64,000 bases of DNA from Felis catus (Eukaryota). The stretch spans positions 102,860,001-102,924,000 of the forward strand of contig NC_058373.1 of the NCBI RefSeq assembly GCF_018350175.1. Reading direction: 5' to 3'. A program made the translations under genes and the position numbers. Within the stretch, counting starts at the first letter, position 1. Every line of letters starts with the position of its first letter. Shown here piece by piece: positions 37,173 through 49,925 of this stretch. Below the pieces are notes generated by a model. The model did no database searches and had not been told where the DNA came from. It saw only the letters and a program-made list of their open reading frames with translations.

Positions 37173-39623
37173 GATTGGGATTGCATTGAATGTGTAGATT
37201 GCTTTGTGTAGATTGTATTGACATTTTAACAATATTTATTCTTCCAATCCATGAGCATGGAGTGTTTTTCCATTTCTTTGTATCTTCTTCAATTTCCTTC
37301 ATAAGCTTTTTATAGTTTTTAGCATACAAATATTTTACATCTTTGGTTAGGTTTATTCCTAGGTATTTTATGATTCTTGGTGCAATTGTGAATGGGATCA
37401 GTTTCTTTATTTGTTTTTCTATTGCTTCATTATTCGTGTATAAGAATGCAACTGATTTCTGTACATTAATTTTGTATCCTGCAACTTTGCTGAACTCATG
37501 TATCAGTTCTAGCAGACTTTTGGTGGAGTCTATTGGGTTTTCCATGTATAATATCATGTCATCTGCAAAAACTGAAAGCTTGACTTCATCTTTGCCAATT
37601 TTGATGCCTCTGATTTTCTTTGTTGTCTTATTGCTGATGCTAGAACTTCCAACACTATGTTGAACAACAGCGGTGAGAGTGGACATCCCTGTCTGTTCCT
37701 GATCTCAGGGGGAAAGCTCTCAGTTTTTCCCCATTGAGGATGATACTAGCTGTGGGCTTTTCATAAATGGCTTTTATGATGTTTGAGTATGTTCCTTCTA
37801 TCCCGACTTTCTCGAGGGTTTTTATTAAGAAAGAATGCTGAATTTTGTCAAAGGCTTTTTCTGCATCAATTGACAGGATCCTATGGTTCTTTTCTTTTAT
37901 TAATGTGATGTATCACATTGATTGATTTGTGAATGTTGAACCAGCCCTGGAGCCCAGGAATGAATCCCACTTGATCATGGTGAATAATTCCTTTTAGATG
38001 CTGTTGAATTAGATTTGCTAGCATCTTATTGAGAATTTTTGCATCCATATTAGTTAGGGAAAATTGCACTAGCATTCTTCTCAAAGCTAGAACAAGCAAT
38101 CCTAAAATTTGTATGGAACCACAAAAGACCCCGAATAGCCAAAATAATATTGAAGAAGAAGACCAAAGTGGGAGGCATCACAATCCCAGACTTTAGCCTC
38201 TACTACAAAGCTGTAATCATCAAGACAGCATGGCATTGGCAAAAAAACAGGCACATAGACCAATGGCATAGAATAGAGACTCCAGAATTGGACCCACAAA
38301 AGTATGGCCAACTAATCTGACAAAGCAGGAAAGAATATCCAATGGAAAAAAGACAGTCTCTTTAACAAATGATGCTGGGAGAACTGGACGGCAACATGCA
38401 GAAGAATGAAACTAGACCATTTTCTCACACCATTCACAAAAATAAACCCAAAATGGATAAAGGACCTGAATGTGAGACAGGAAACCATCAAAACCCTAGA
38501 GGAGAAAGCAGGAAAAAACCTCTCTGACCTCAGCTGCAGCAATTTCTTACTTGACACATCTCCAAAGACAAGGGAATTAAAAGCAAAAATGAACTATTGG
38601 GACCTCATCAAGATAAAAATCTTATGCACTGCAAAGGAAACAATCAACAAAACTAAAAGGCAACTGATGGAATAGGAAAAGATATTTGCAAATGACATAT
38701 CGGACAAAGGGCTAGTATCTAAAATCTATAAAGAACTCACCAAACTCCACACCCAAAAAAACAAATAATCCAGTGAAGAAATGGACAGAAGACATGAATA
38801 GACACTTCTCTAAAGAAGACATCCAGATGGCCAACAGGCACATGACAAGATGCTCAACGTCACTCCTCATCAGGGAAATACAAGTCAAAACCACACTCAG
38901 ATACCACCTCATGCCAGTCAGAGTGGCCAAAATGAGCAAATCAGGAGACTATAGATGCTGGCAAGGATGTGGAGAAACGGGAACCCTCTTGCACTGTTGG
39001 TGGGAATGCAAATTGGTGCAGCCGCTCTGGAAAACAGTGTGGAGGTTCCTCAAAAAATTAAAAATAGATCTACCCTATGACCCAGCAATAGCACTGCTAG
39101 GAATTTACCCAAGAGATACAGAAGTGCTGATCATAGGGGCACTTGTACCCCTTGGTATAAACTTGTACCAATGTTTATAGCAGCACTTTCAACAATACCC
39201 AAATTATGGAAAGAACCTAAATGTCCATCAACTGATGAATAGATAAGGAAATTGTGGATCATATACACAATGGAATACTACTTGACAATGAGAAAGAATG
39301 AAATATGGCCTTTTGTAGCAACATGGATGGAGAGTGTTATGCTAAGTGAAATAAGTCCTACAGAGAAAGACAGATACCATATGTTTTCACTCTTACATGG
39401 ATTCTGAGAAACTTAACAGAAGACCATGGGGGAGGGGAAGGAAAAAAAAAAGTTAGGGAGAGAGCCAGACCAGAAGAGACTCTTGAAAACAGAATAAACT
39501 GAGGGTTGATGGGGAGTGGGAGGGTGGGTGATGGGCATTGAGGAGGGCACCTGTTGGGAGGAGCACTGGGCATTGTATGGAAACCAATTGGACAATAAAT
39601 TTCATATTCAAAAAAAAAAAAAA
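37173..39623 (+). mobile_element. 5'-inverted L1: 37173-38059 inverted RT segment, 38060-39623 sense to poly(A)
   Basis: RT motifs FADDMILY and IKYLGINL on minus, C-terminus and 3' UTR on plus; perfect 13-bp TSD agaattcagtctt at 37160-37172 and 39624-39636. Confidence 0.96.
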
Positions 39624-40589
39624 AGAATTCAGTCTTTTCGCAGTTGATTTGGAGGCAACTTTCCCTTCTAATGATTTTTTGGGATCACGTATCTTCCTCA
39701 CCATCCCCGACCTCCCTTGATCTCTCTCCTCCTTATCTCTTTACCCAGAGGCTGGTTCTGAGCAGCCCACCATTAGGGTCTGCCCTTTCTGATTCATGAT
39801 GCCTCCTCCCCCAAGTAGTCCCTGGCACCCTCATGCCACTGAAGAGTCACTTGTTATTGCCATCTAAGGTGAGAATGAACTAATCTGAGAAGGAAATCTC
39901 CTGTGTACCAAAGGAAAGGTCCAGACAATGCTCTCAGGTCTCCTGCTTTCCTCCAAAAGAACACAGACGCATTTAACAGGAGCCTTGTGGGGACACCACT
40001 TTGTTATTCAGTATAGAAGGGGTGAGATGAATAATGGGAATGGGGAGGAGGGTTTAAGGCTACAAGGAAACAGCTGCCCAGAGAGATATTTGGGGATGTA
40101 GGAGTCTCAGGCAGTGTCAGAGGCTACTTGCTTTGAGCAGAGCAGGATCAATTCATAATCCTACTTAAATTTTATTCCAAAAATGAATTGTAGGAAACTT
40201 AAAAAATTAGGCAACCACAGGGAAAAACTATCACTTTTAATCCTGTTGTGGTGTATGTACCTTAAAACATTTTTCTGTGCATACACTTCTCCCTTGCCCA
40301 CTTTTCCTTTTATAAAAATAAGATCATACTCTGTGTACGTTCTGATATACTATATTTCATGTTATTGAACATTCTTCCTCCATACCATTTTGCATGCATT
40401 CAGAGTGGTCATGTGAACAGCTGTCTGATGTTTTGGTGTGGCACCCCACTGAATGGGCAAGAGGGGATGAGGAGACAAATGGTGACACCCAGGTTTAAAT
40501 GGCTGACCTGGGATCACCTCACCAACCATTGACATCTGGCTCAAACATTATAAGTTAGGACAAGGAGGAACTTCAGAAATGACTTTATT

Positions 40590-40730
40590 GGCCACCTCCT
40601 TTTACATTTGGGGGCACTGAACCAAAAGGTGGAGGTTCTTGCCTAAAGTCACTGAGGCTGACACTGGCAGGTCAGGCCTAGAACCCAGGATTCCTGATTC
40701 TTTGTCCAGAGCTATTTCTAGTCTTCCACT
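40590..40730 (-). mobile_element. MIR fragment
   Basis: cttgcctaaagtcac...ctagaacccaggattcctgattc. Confidence 0.6.
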
Positions 40731-40904
40731 AAACACTGTCTCAAATTCTTAGAGAGTGTGGTGAATTTGGGAGAATCTTACTTACCATGCTCATGTAGAG
40801 GTTGGAAAGTGAGAACTTTGAAGGAAGACCAAAGCAGAAATTATTTAGACAAGAGAAAATCAAAGTGTGAGTGATCATGCTTATCATTAAGAGTTGGAAG
40901 TAAC

Positions 40905-41136
40905 GGGGTGCCTGGGTGGGTCAGTTGGTTAAACGTCTGACTTTGGCTCAGGTCATGATCTTGAAGTCCCTGGGTTCAAGCCCCACATCAGGCTCTGTGC
41001 TGACAGCTCAGAGCCTGGAGCCACTTTGGATTCTGTGTCTTCCTCTCTCTCTCTCTATCCCTCCCCCAATCGCACCACTGTGTCTCTCTCTCTCTCTCAA
41101 AAATAAACATTGAAAAAAATTGAAAAAAAAAAAAAG
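40905..41136 (+). mobile_element. CanSINE
   Basis: Full structure; agagttgg(a/c)agta on both flanks. Confidence 0.95.
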
Positions 41137-43299
41137 AGAGTTGGCAGTAGTAACATAAAGTGAGCATGGCCTGTTAGGCACTGTAAAGGAAGAATTAGAT
41201 CAAAAGTTATCTTTGCTTATTGTTATGGCAAGTGGGTTTTAAAGGGTTATAGCTTATATTCACAATAGCTAACTATGTGTGAGGTTAGTGACTTTAAAGA
41301 GCTTCAACATAAGTAATAGTATCCCTATTTTTGAAGGGGTGATAGAGGCTTAGAGGTGCCCAGTAACTTCCCTAAGATCACAGAGCTGATTCGCCACTTC
41401 TAGGGGTAACTGGGTGCTTTAGCTCAGAAGCCCATCAGAGATATAGACCTATCTGCCTGGGTAAGGAAGGAGGAAGCATCTATCTGTTGGCTTATTTCCC
41501 TGTGGTTGGGTGTGACTCTATGGGCATTAATTCTCTTGCACTTCCAGGTTGTTCTTGTCTGAGCCCGGGTTTCCCGGTCAGACAAACCCCAGGGTGGGAT
41601 GTGAGAAGCTTGTGTAGGGGTGCTGCTATGAGACAGCACCTGTGTGAGCTATTCAGAACCTAGGCATAACTGCTTGCAACAGCTGTGGATCAATAAGAAG
41701 TGAGGAGATTTGAGTTGTTGCAAAAAGTATTCTATATATTCAGACTAAAACTCACACCTGGCTGGTTCCAGGTAGAACATCCTGTGCAGCTGAGACTCCT
41801 TTTATTTGTAAAGGCCTTTTTGAAATATGGAGCCTCAAAACTTAGACTCTTGCCATTACGGCCCAGGGGGCAGGCTACGATGACTGTTCTTACTCGTGTC
41901 AGGAGCCATCTCTAGACCATCACTGTGGCCAGGGTCTATAAAATGACAGATGCCAGCATTTAATCATACTTAGAGTTTAGTGAAAGGTACTAAAGGTTCC
42001 TAGAAGACAAAAGTAGATTTCCATTAAGCCAGCAACCAATAATAATGCACTTATCAAAACTTATTTGATCCAAAGTTCAAAGTGCTTAACTTTTATTTAA
42101 ATCCTAGTCTTCATAGGAACTCAGTGAGGTAGTCAGGCAAAAAATGTTTCATACAGGACAAAAAGAAAAACAGCATCTTTTGGAAAAAAGCCTCTAAATC
42201 CTTTGCAGGGTTTCTCCCTTCCACCAAGGGCACAGAAAGAATACCTTGCATATCGCATCCAGAAGGCTGGGCAGAGTTGGTTCTGTTCGAACCAAATAGG
42301 AATGGAATTTCAGAGACAAAGACCTAAGAATACTTCTAATGGCTATATCCCACAATGGCTTTCCAAGATAGATTCAATGCAGCATTCCAAGTGGATACAA
42401 AGTTGAATGAAACACAAAGGGATTGTTTCACTGAGTGGATTGGGACAGTGTAACCAATGGGTATGGGCCTATTCCAGAGTCCCCTGTCGGCGAATGAAAT
42501 GGCAAAGCGTACCTGTCTGCATTGTCTGAGCTTTCTGTCCCTGGTACCTTTCTGTCCCTGGTACTCAGAGCTCCTTTGGGTGAGGCTGGGGGCCAGCTCA
42601 AAATCTTCTTGCCTGTTTTAGTTGGACTTTAATCTTCTGCTTTGTCCTGGTTGATTTTTCTGAAGAAACCAAGAGAAGCAGATGGCTTCATGCAATGTAG
42701 TTGCCTTTGCTATTATGAAAGACTATGATTGAAACAAATTTGCAAACCTAGTTTTAAACTCAGGCCTATGTTTCCTAACCCCACCCCAAGTCCTTTGTAG
42801 AACCAGCTCAGGAGGACAGCTGTACTCACATTTGTATTTTGGATAGAGTTGTATCATTTTCTCAAGTAGAAAGTACATTTGCTTTTAAATGTGTTGTCTT
42901 TTTTTTTTTTTTTTTTTTTTTTTTTCTCCTTTTCCCTCCCTGGTCCTGGAGTTCTCAGGCTTCTGACTTAGATAAGTTCTTGATATTTCACCTAGTTGAA
43001 CTGTGTGTTGGGGGTGAGGTTTTCCTCTCCCCTCATCTCAGCATTTGCCTCTTGACTCCTTGTTTTGCATCTCTGTCTCCCTGGATTTTTCTCTCTCCAG
43101 TTAGGCCTTTCTCCAGAAAATGTCCTATAGAGCAGAAGGGAAAAGAAATGTTCTTTATTTGACTTTGGTGCTGGGTGTGAAGGCAGAGGAAAGAAGGTCC
43201 CACCTCAGAATACAGAAATAATAAGGAAGGGGTGGTGATGAGAAATCCTGGAACACTGGGGGTCACTTTTGGCTTTTTTCCATAGAAGAGGATGAGGAT

Positions 43300-43450
43300 C
43301 AGTGTGTTGGAGCCAGCTCCAAATCCAAGTTCAGTGATCTCATTTTGGTAGCTTGAAATTGACCATGAGGGAAGTACTTACACCATGGAGATTGACACTC
43401 ATCTCAGGGCTGCCTAGAGTGCTGGTCGTTAAACCTTTACCAGTGAATCA
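43300..43450 (+). mobile_element. MER63-like hAT-Blackjack element
   Basis: cagtgtgttggagccagctc...ttggtagcttgaaatt...gttaaacctttaccag. Confidence 0.8.
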
Positions 43451-43639
43451 TATAGGTGTTCACCACAGAGTGCCTGAGTTATTACAGCTGTGAGGCCTGG
43501 GTTATAATGTCTTTGTAATAGATTTTCTGTAAAACGCCCATTTGTTCCACTTCCCTTCCCCATATCAGATTCCACTGGGTGAGGTGCCAGAGGCTCTGTA
43601 CCAGATGTTAGGAGAACATGGTTCTGGTCCATGCTGTTC

Positions 43640-43889
43640 TGTCTGCCTGGAACTCTCCCCAGATAGCAGCATGGCTCACATCCCTTCCTCCTCCGGTCTG
43701 TGTTTAACACTGCCATCTCCGAAGCCTGGGTGGCTCAGTCAGTTAGTCTTGACTCTTGGTTTGGCTCAGGTCGTGATCTCACATTGAGTTCTGTGCTGAG
43801 AGGGCAGAGCCTGCTTGGGATTCTCCTTCTCCCTCTCTCTCTGCCCCTTCCCTGCTCTCCCTCTTTCTCTCTCTTAAAAATAAGTAAAC

Positions 43890-43929
<40 letters not shown>

Positions 43930-44272
43930 GAAAAAGTAAAATACAATACAATAAAATAAAGTAAAATAAAATAAAATAAAACTTCCCATCTCAATGAGGC
44001 CTTTTCTGACTGTGCACAGATCCCTGTGACATGCTCTTCATGTCCCACTGTGTGCTTCGCTTTCATTTTCCATGTCCCTTACTGTCTTCTAACGTACCAC
44101 ATACTTTGCGTATTGATGGTGTTTCTTATGTGTCGCCCCTTCTGGAATGTAAGCTCCTCCACTTTTTAAATCTGTGTCTGGTTTGGTCATAGGTCTAACC
44201 CAAGCACCCAGCACAGTGTCTAGCACATAACAGGTGCTCAATAAATATTTGTTGAGTGAACCAAATGAGTGA
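43640..44272 (+). mobile_element. L2 3' end interrupted by a SINE
   Basis: ctctgcctggaac-like start, then gaatgtaagctcc and caggtgctcaataaatatttgttgagtgaa. Confidence 0.8.
43720..43980 (+). mobile_element. CanSINE with long A/(TAAAA)n tail
   Basis: gcctgggtggctcagtcagttag head; ccatctc on both flanks. Confidence 0.92.
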
Positions 44273-45214
44273 ACGACCCTGTATCTAAACAAATTGGCAG
44301 AAGGTATGAGACGGCAACAACTCCGTGGTCCATGGATCTTTCCCCTCTGTGAAGGAGGCCTCCCCTGGGAGTCCCCTGGAGGATGTTCTGTAGGCCTCAT
44401 GGCTGAAAGGGCTTGCCCAGAGGATGACAGTGGAGGCAGGTTACTGTCTCCTCTGTGGTCTGCCCCTGTATGGTCACCATCTTTGTTATTTGCTCAAGGC
44501 TTTTCAGCAAGAAATAAACACAGGACAATGTAGGCAGGTGGAGGAGGAAGGAGAAAGGACAGACTCCACTGTGGACAGATACCAGCCTCTCACCTTCCTG
44601 ATACTTGAGTCAGTAGGACAGATCTCCTCGGGCAGTGGTGCTGCTATAGTATGTTTGCATGACGCTTCAGCCCAAGAAAAGACAACTAACTGGTGGGCTT
44701 GAGGACACCTTGGGGCTGAGTTTTTCTCTCCCATTCTCCTCTTTTTTGGAGAAAAGGAATAGAGTGGTAGAATTGTTTTTCTTTTTTCTTCTTTTTTTGG
44801 TTTTGGCAGAAGGTATAGAATGGTAGCTCCAGTCTTCTAATCCACAAAATAATGATATATATTGGTTTTATTTCAGAGGATTTTCACTAGGCTCATATGG
44901 GAAAATACACAGTCATAATTTAACAATGCAAAGAAGTTTCCCAAAGTGAAAGGCCTTGTATTGAGTATAATAAATTCTTTCTTTTCTGTTTTTATTTATT
45001 TTATTTTTTTAATACAATTTATTGTCAACTTGGCTTACAATGCTCATCCCAACAAATGCCCTCTTCAATGCCCATCACCCACTTTCCCCTCTCCCCCACC
45101 CCCCTTAAGCCCTCAGTTTGTTCTCTGTATTTAAGAGTCTCTTATGGTTTGCCTCCCTCCCTCTCTGTTTGTAACTTTTTTTCCCCTTCCCCTCCCCCAT
45201 GGTCTTCTGTTAAG

Positions 45215-48200
45215 TTTCTTAAGATCCATATATGAGTGAAAACATATGATATCTGACTGACCTATTTCACTTAGCATGATGCCCTCCAGTTCTATCCACA
45301 TTGCTGCAAATGGCATGATTTTATTTTTTCTCATTGCCAAGTAGTATTCCATTGTATATATAAACCACATCTTCTTTATCCATTTATCAGTTGATGGACA
45401 TTTAGTTTCTTTCCATAATTTGGCTATTGTTGAAACTGCTGCTATAAACATTGGGGTACAAGTGCCCCTATGCATCAGCACTCCTGTGTCTCTTGGATAA
45501 ATTCCTAGTAGTGCTATTGCTAGTTCATAGGGTAGTTCTACTTTCAATTTTTTGAGGAACCTCCACACTGTTTTCCAGAGCAGCTGCACCAGTTTGCATT
45601 CCCACCAACAGTGCAAGAGGATTCCCGTTTCTCCACATCCTTGCCAGCATCTGATTTGTTCATTTTGGCCACTCTGACTGGCATGAGGTGGTATCTGAGT
45701 GTGGTTTTGACTTGTATTTCCCTGATGAGGAGTGACGTTGAGCATCTTGTCATGTGCCTGTTGGCCATCCAGATGTCTTCTTTAGAGAAGTGTCTATTCA
45801 TGTCTTCTGTCCATTTCTTCACTGGATTATTTGTTTTTCGGGTGTGGAGTTTGGCAAGTTCTTTATAGATTTTGGATACTAGCCCTTTATCCGATATGTC
45901 ATTTGCAAATATCTTTTCCCATTCCATCGGTTGCCTTTTAGCTTTGTTGATTGTTTCCTTTGCAGTGCAGAAGAAGCTTTTTATCTTGATGAGGTCCCAA
46001 TAGTTCATTTTTACTTTTAATTCGCCTGCCTTTGGGGATGTGTCGAGTAAGAAATTGCTGCAGCTGAGGTCAGAGAGGTTTTCTCCTGCTTTCTCCTCTA
46101 GGGTTTTGATGGTTTCCTGTCTCACATTTAGGTCTTTCATCAAATTTGAGTTTATTTTTGTGAATGGTGTGAGAAAGTGGTCTAATTTCATTCTTCTGCA
46201 TGTTGCTGTCCAGTTCTCCCAGTACCATTTGCTAAAGAGACTGTCTTTTTTTCCATTGGATATTCTTTCCTGCTTTGTCAAAGATTAGCTGGCCATACTT
46301 TTGTGGGTCCAATTATGGGTTCTCTATTCTATTCCATTGGTCTATGTGTCTGTTTTTGTGCCAATATCATACTGTCTTGATGATTACAGCTTTGTAGTAG
46401 AGGCTAAAGTCTGAGATTGTGATGCCTCCTGCTTTGGTTTTCTTCTTCAAAATTACTTTGGCTATTCGAGGCCTTTTGTGGTTCCATATGAATTTTAGGA
46501 TTGCTTGTTCTAGCTTTGAGAAGAATGCCGGTGCAATTTTGATTGGGATTGCATTGAATGTGTAGATTGCTTTGGGTAGTATTGACATTTTAACAATATT
46601 TATTCTTCCAATCCATAAGCATGGAATGTTTTTCCATTTCTTTGTGTCTTCTTCAATTTCCATTATAAGATTTCTATGGTTTTTAGCATACAGATCTTTT
46701 AACATCTTTGGTTAGGTTTATTCCTAGGTATTTTATGGTTCTTGGTGCAATTGTGAATTGGATCATTTTCTTTATTTCTCTTTCTCTTGCTTCATTATTG
46801 GTGTATAAAAATGCAACCAATTTCTGTACATTGATTTTGTGCCCTGCAACTTTGCTGAATTCATGTATCAGTTCTAGCAGTCTTTTGGTGGAGTGTTTTG
46901 GGTTTTCCATGTAGAGTGTCATGTCATCTGTGAAAAGTGAAAGTTTGATTTCTTCTTTGCCAATTTTGATGCCTTTTATTTCATTTTGTTGTCTGATTGC
47001 TGATGCTAGGACTTCCAACACCATGTTAAACAAAAGTGGTGAGAGTGGACATCCCTGTCGGTTCCCGATCTCGGGGGGAAAGCACTCAGTTTTTCCCCAT
47101 TGAGGATGATATTAGCTGTGGGCTTTTCATAAATGGCTTTTATGATGTTTAAGTGTGTTCCTTCTATCCCAACTTCCTTGAGTGTTTTTGTTAAGAAAGG
47201 ATGCTGTATTTTGTCAAGTCTATTGACAGGATCATATGGTTCTTATCCTTTCTTTTATTAATGTGGTGTATCACATTGATTGATTTGTGAATATTGAGCC
47301 AGCTCTGCAGCCGAGGAATGAATCCCAGTTGATCATGGTGAATAATTTTTTTTTATATGTTGTTGAATTCAATTTGCTGTTATCCTGTTGAGAGTTTTTG
47401 CATCCATATTCATCAGGGATATTGGCCTGTAGTTCTCCTTTTTTGCTGTGTCTCTATCTGGTTTGGGAATCAAAGTAACGCTGGCTCCATAGAATGAGTC
47501 TGGAAGTTTTCCTTCTATTTCTATTTTTTGGAACAGCTTGAGAAGGATAGGTATTAACTCAGGTTTAAATGCCTGGTAGAATTACCCAGAGAAGCCATCT
47601 GGTCCAGGACTCTTATTTGTTGGGAAATTTTTGATAACTGATTCCATTTCTTTACTAGTTATGGGTCTGTTCAAATTTTCTGTTTCTTCTCATTTGAGTT
47701 TTGGTAGTCTCTGATAATTGCTTGTATTTCTGAGGGATTTGTTGTAATAAATCCATTTTAATTTGTGATTTTATCTATTTGTGTCCTCTCTCTTTTCTTT
47801 TTGAGAAGACTTGGCTAGAGGTTTATCAATTTTATTTTTTCAAAAAACCAACTGTTAGTTTCATTGATTTGTTCTACTGTTTTTTTTGTTTGTTTTTTTG
47901 TTTGTTTGTTTTTGGATTTTATATTGTTTATTTCTGCTCTGATCTTTATTATTTGTCTTCTGCTGGGTTTGGAGTTTCTTTGCTGTTCTGCTTCTAGTTC
48001 CTTTAGGTGTGCTATTAGATTTTGTATTTGGGTTTTTTCTTGTTTCTTGAGATAGGCCTGGATTGTAATCTGTTTTCCTCTTAGGACTGCCTTTGCTGCT
48101 TCCAGAAGGCTTGGATTGTTGTGTTTTCATTTTCATTTGTTTCCATATATTTTTTAATTTCTTATTTAACTGCCTGGTTGACCCATTCATTCTTTAGTAG

Positions 48201-48964
48201 GATGTTCTTCAACCTCCATGCATTTGGAGGTTTTCCAGACTTCTTCCTGTGGCTGAATTCAAGTTTCATAGCATTGTGATCTGAAAGTGTGCATGGTATG
48301 ATCTAAATTATTTTATATTTATTGAGGGCTGTTTTGTGACCCAGTATGTGATCCATCTTGGAGAATGTTCCATGTGCACTCGAGAAAAATGTATATTCTG
48401 CTGCTTTAGGATGAAAAGTTCTAAATATATCTGTCAAGTCCATCTAGTCCAGTGTATCATTAAGGGCCATTGTTTCTTTATTGATTTTCTGTCTAGATGA
48501 TCTGTCCATTGTCGTAAGTGGAGTATTAAAGTCCCCTGCATTACCACATTCATACCAATAAGATTGCTTATGTTTGTGATTGATTGTCTTATATATTTGG
48601 GTGTTTCCGAATTCGGTGCATAGACATATATAATTGTTAGCTCTTCTTGATGGATAGACCCCATAATTATTATATAATGCCCTTCTTCATCTCTTGTTAC
48701 AACCTTTAGTTTAAAATCTAGTTTGTCTAATATAAGTATGGCTACTGCAGCTTTCTTTTGACTTACAGTAACATGATAGATGGTTCTCCATCCCCTCACT
48801 TTCAATCTGAAGGTGTCCTCAGGTCTAAAATGGATCTAATAGACAGAAAATAGATGGGTCTTGTTTTTTTTTTTTTTATCCATTCTGATACCCTATGTCT
48901 TTTGATTGGAGCATTTAGTCCATTTACATTCAGTGTTGTTATTGAAAGATGGGTTTAGAGTCAC
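45215..48964 (-). pseudogene. L1 ORF2 (endonuclease/reverse transcriptase), disrupted
   Basis: EN (VYAPN, EGHYIII), RT ([16 protein letters not shown]) and HCWWECK fragments lie in different frames; GTG at the start-codon position. Confidence 0.93.
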
Positions 48965-49029
48965 TGTGTTATCTGTAGGTTTCATGCTTATAGCGATGTC
49001 TCTTGTTCTTTGTGGTCCTTGCAACATTT

Positions 49030-49925
49030 TATTCAGAGTCCTCCTTAGAATCTCTTGTAGGGCTGGTTTATTGGGGATGAATTCCTTCAGTTTTTGTTTG
49101 TTTGGGAAAACCTTTCTCTCTCCTTCTATTCTGAATGACAGTCTTGCTGGATAAAGGATTCTTGGCTGCATATTTTCCCTGTTCATCACATTGAAAATTT
49201 CCTGCCACTCCTTTCTGGCCTGCCAAGTTTCAGTAGACAGGTCTGCTACTACCCTTACATGTCTACCCTTGTAGGTTAAGGCCCATTTATCCGTAGCTGC
49301 TTTCAGAATTCTATCTTTATCTTTGTATTTTGCCAGTTTCACAATGATATGTCATGCAGAAGATTGATTCATGTTATGTCTGAAGGGAGTTCTCTGTGCC
49401 TCCTGGATTTCAATGTCTGTTTCCTTCCCCATATGGGGGAAGTTCTCAGCTATGATTTGTTCAAGCACACCTTTGGCCTCTTTCTCTCTCTTCTTCTTTT
49501 TCTGGAATTCTTATGGTACAGATATTATTCCGTTTCATTGAATCACTTAGTTCTCTAATTTTCCCCTCATGATCCAGAATTTTTGTATCTCTCTTTTATT
49601 CAGCTTCATCTTTTTCCATAATTTTATCTTCTATTTCACCTATTCTCCCCTCTGCCTCTTCAGTTCTCGCTGTCACCCCCTCTAGTTTATTTTGCACTTC
49701 ATTTATAGCATTTTTTAATTCATCATGACTATTTTTTAGTTCCTTGATCTCTGCAGCAATAGATTCTCTGCTGTCTTCAGTGCTTTTTTCAAGCCCAGTG
49801 ATTAATCTTATGACTATTATTCTAAATTCTTGTTCAGTTCTATAGTTTATATCTGTTTTGATCAATTCTTTAGCTGTCATGTCTTCCTGGAATTTCTTTT
49901 GAGGAGAATTCTTCCGTTTCATCAT
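49030..49925 (-). pseudogene. L1 ORF1 (RNA-binding protein), disrupted
   Basis: Coiled-coil N-terminus with premature stop at 49596; C-terminal ADLSTETWQARKEW...ILYPARLSF. Confidence 0.93.
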
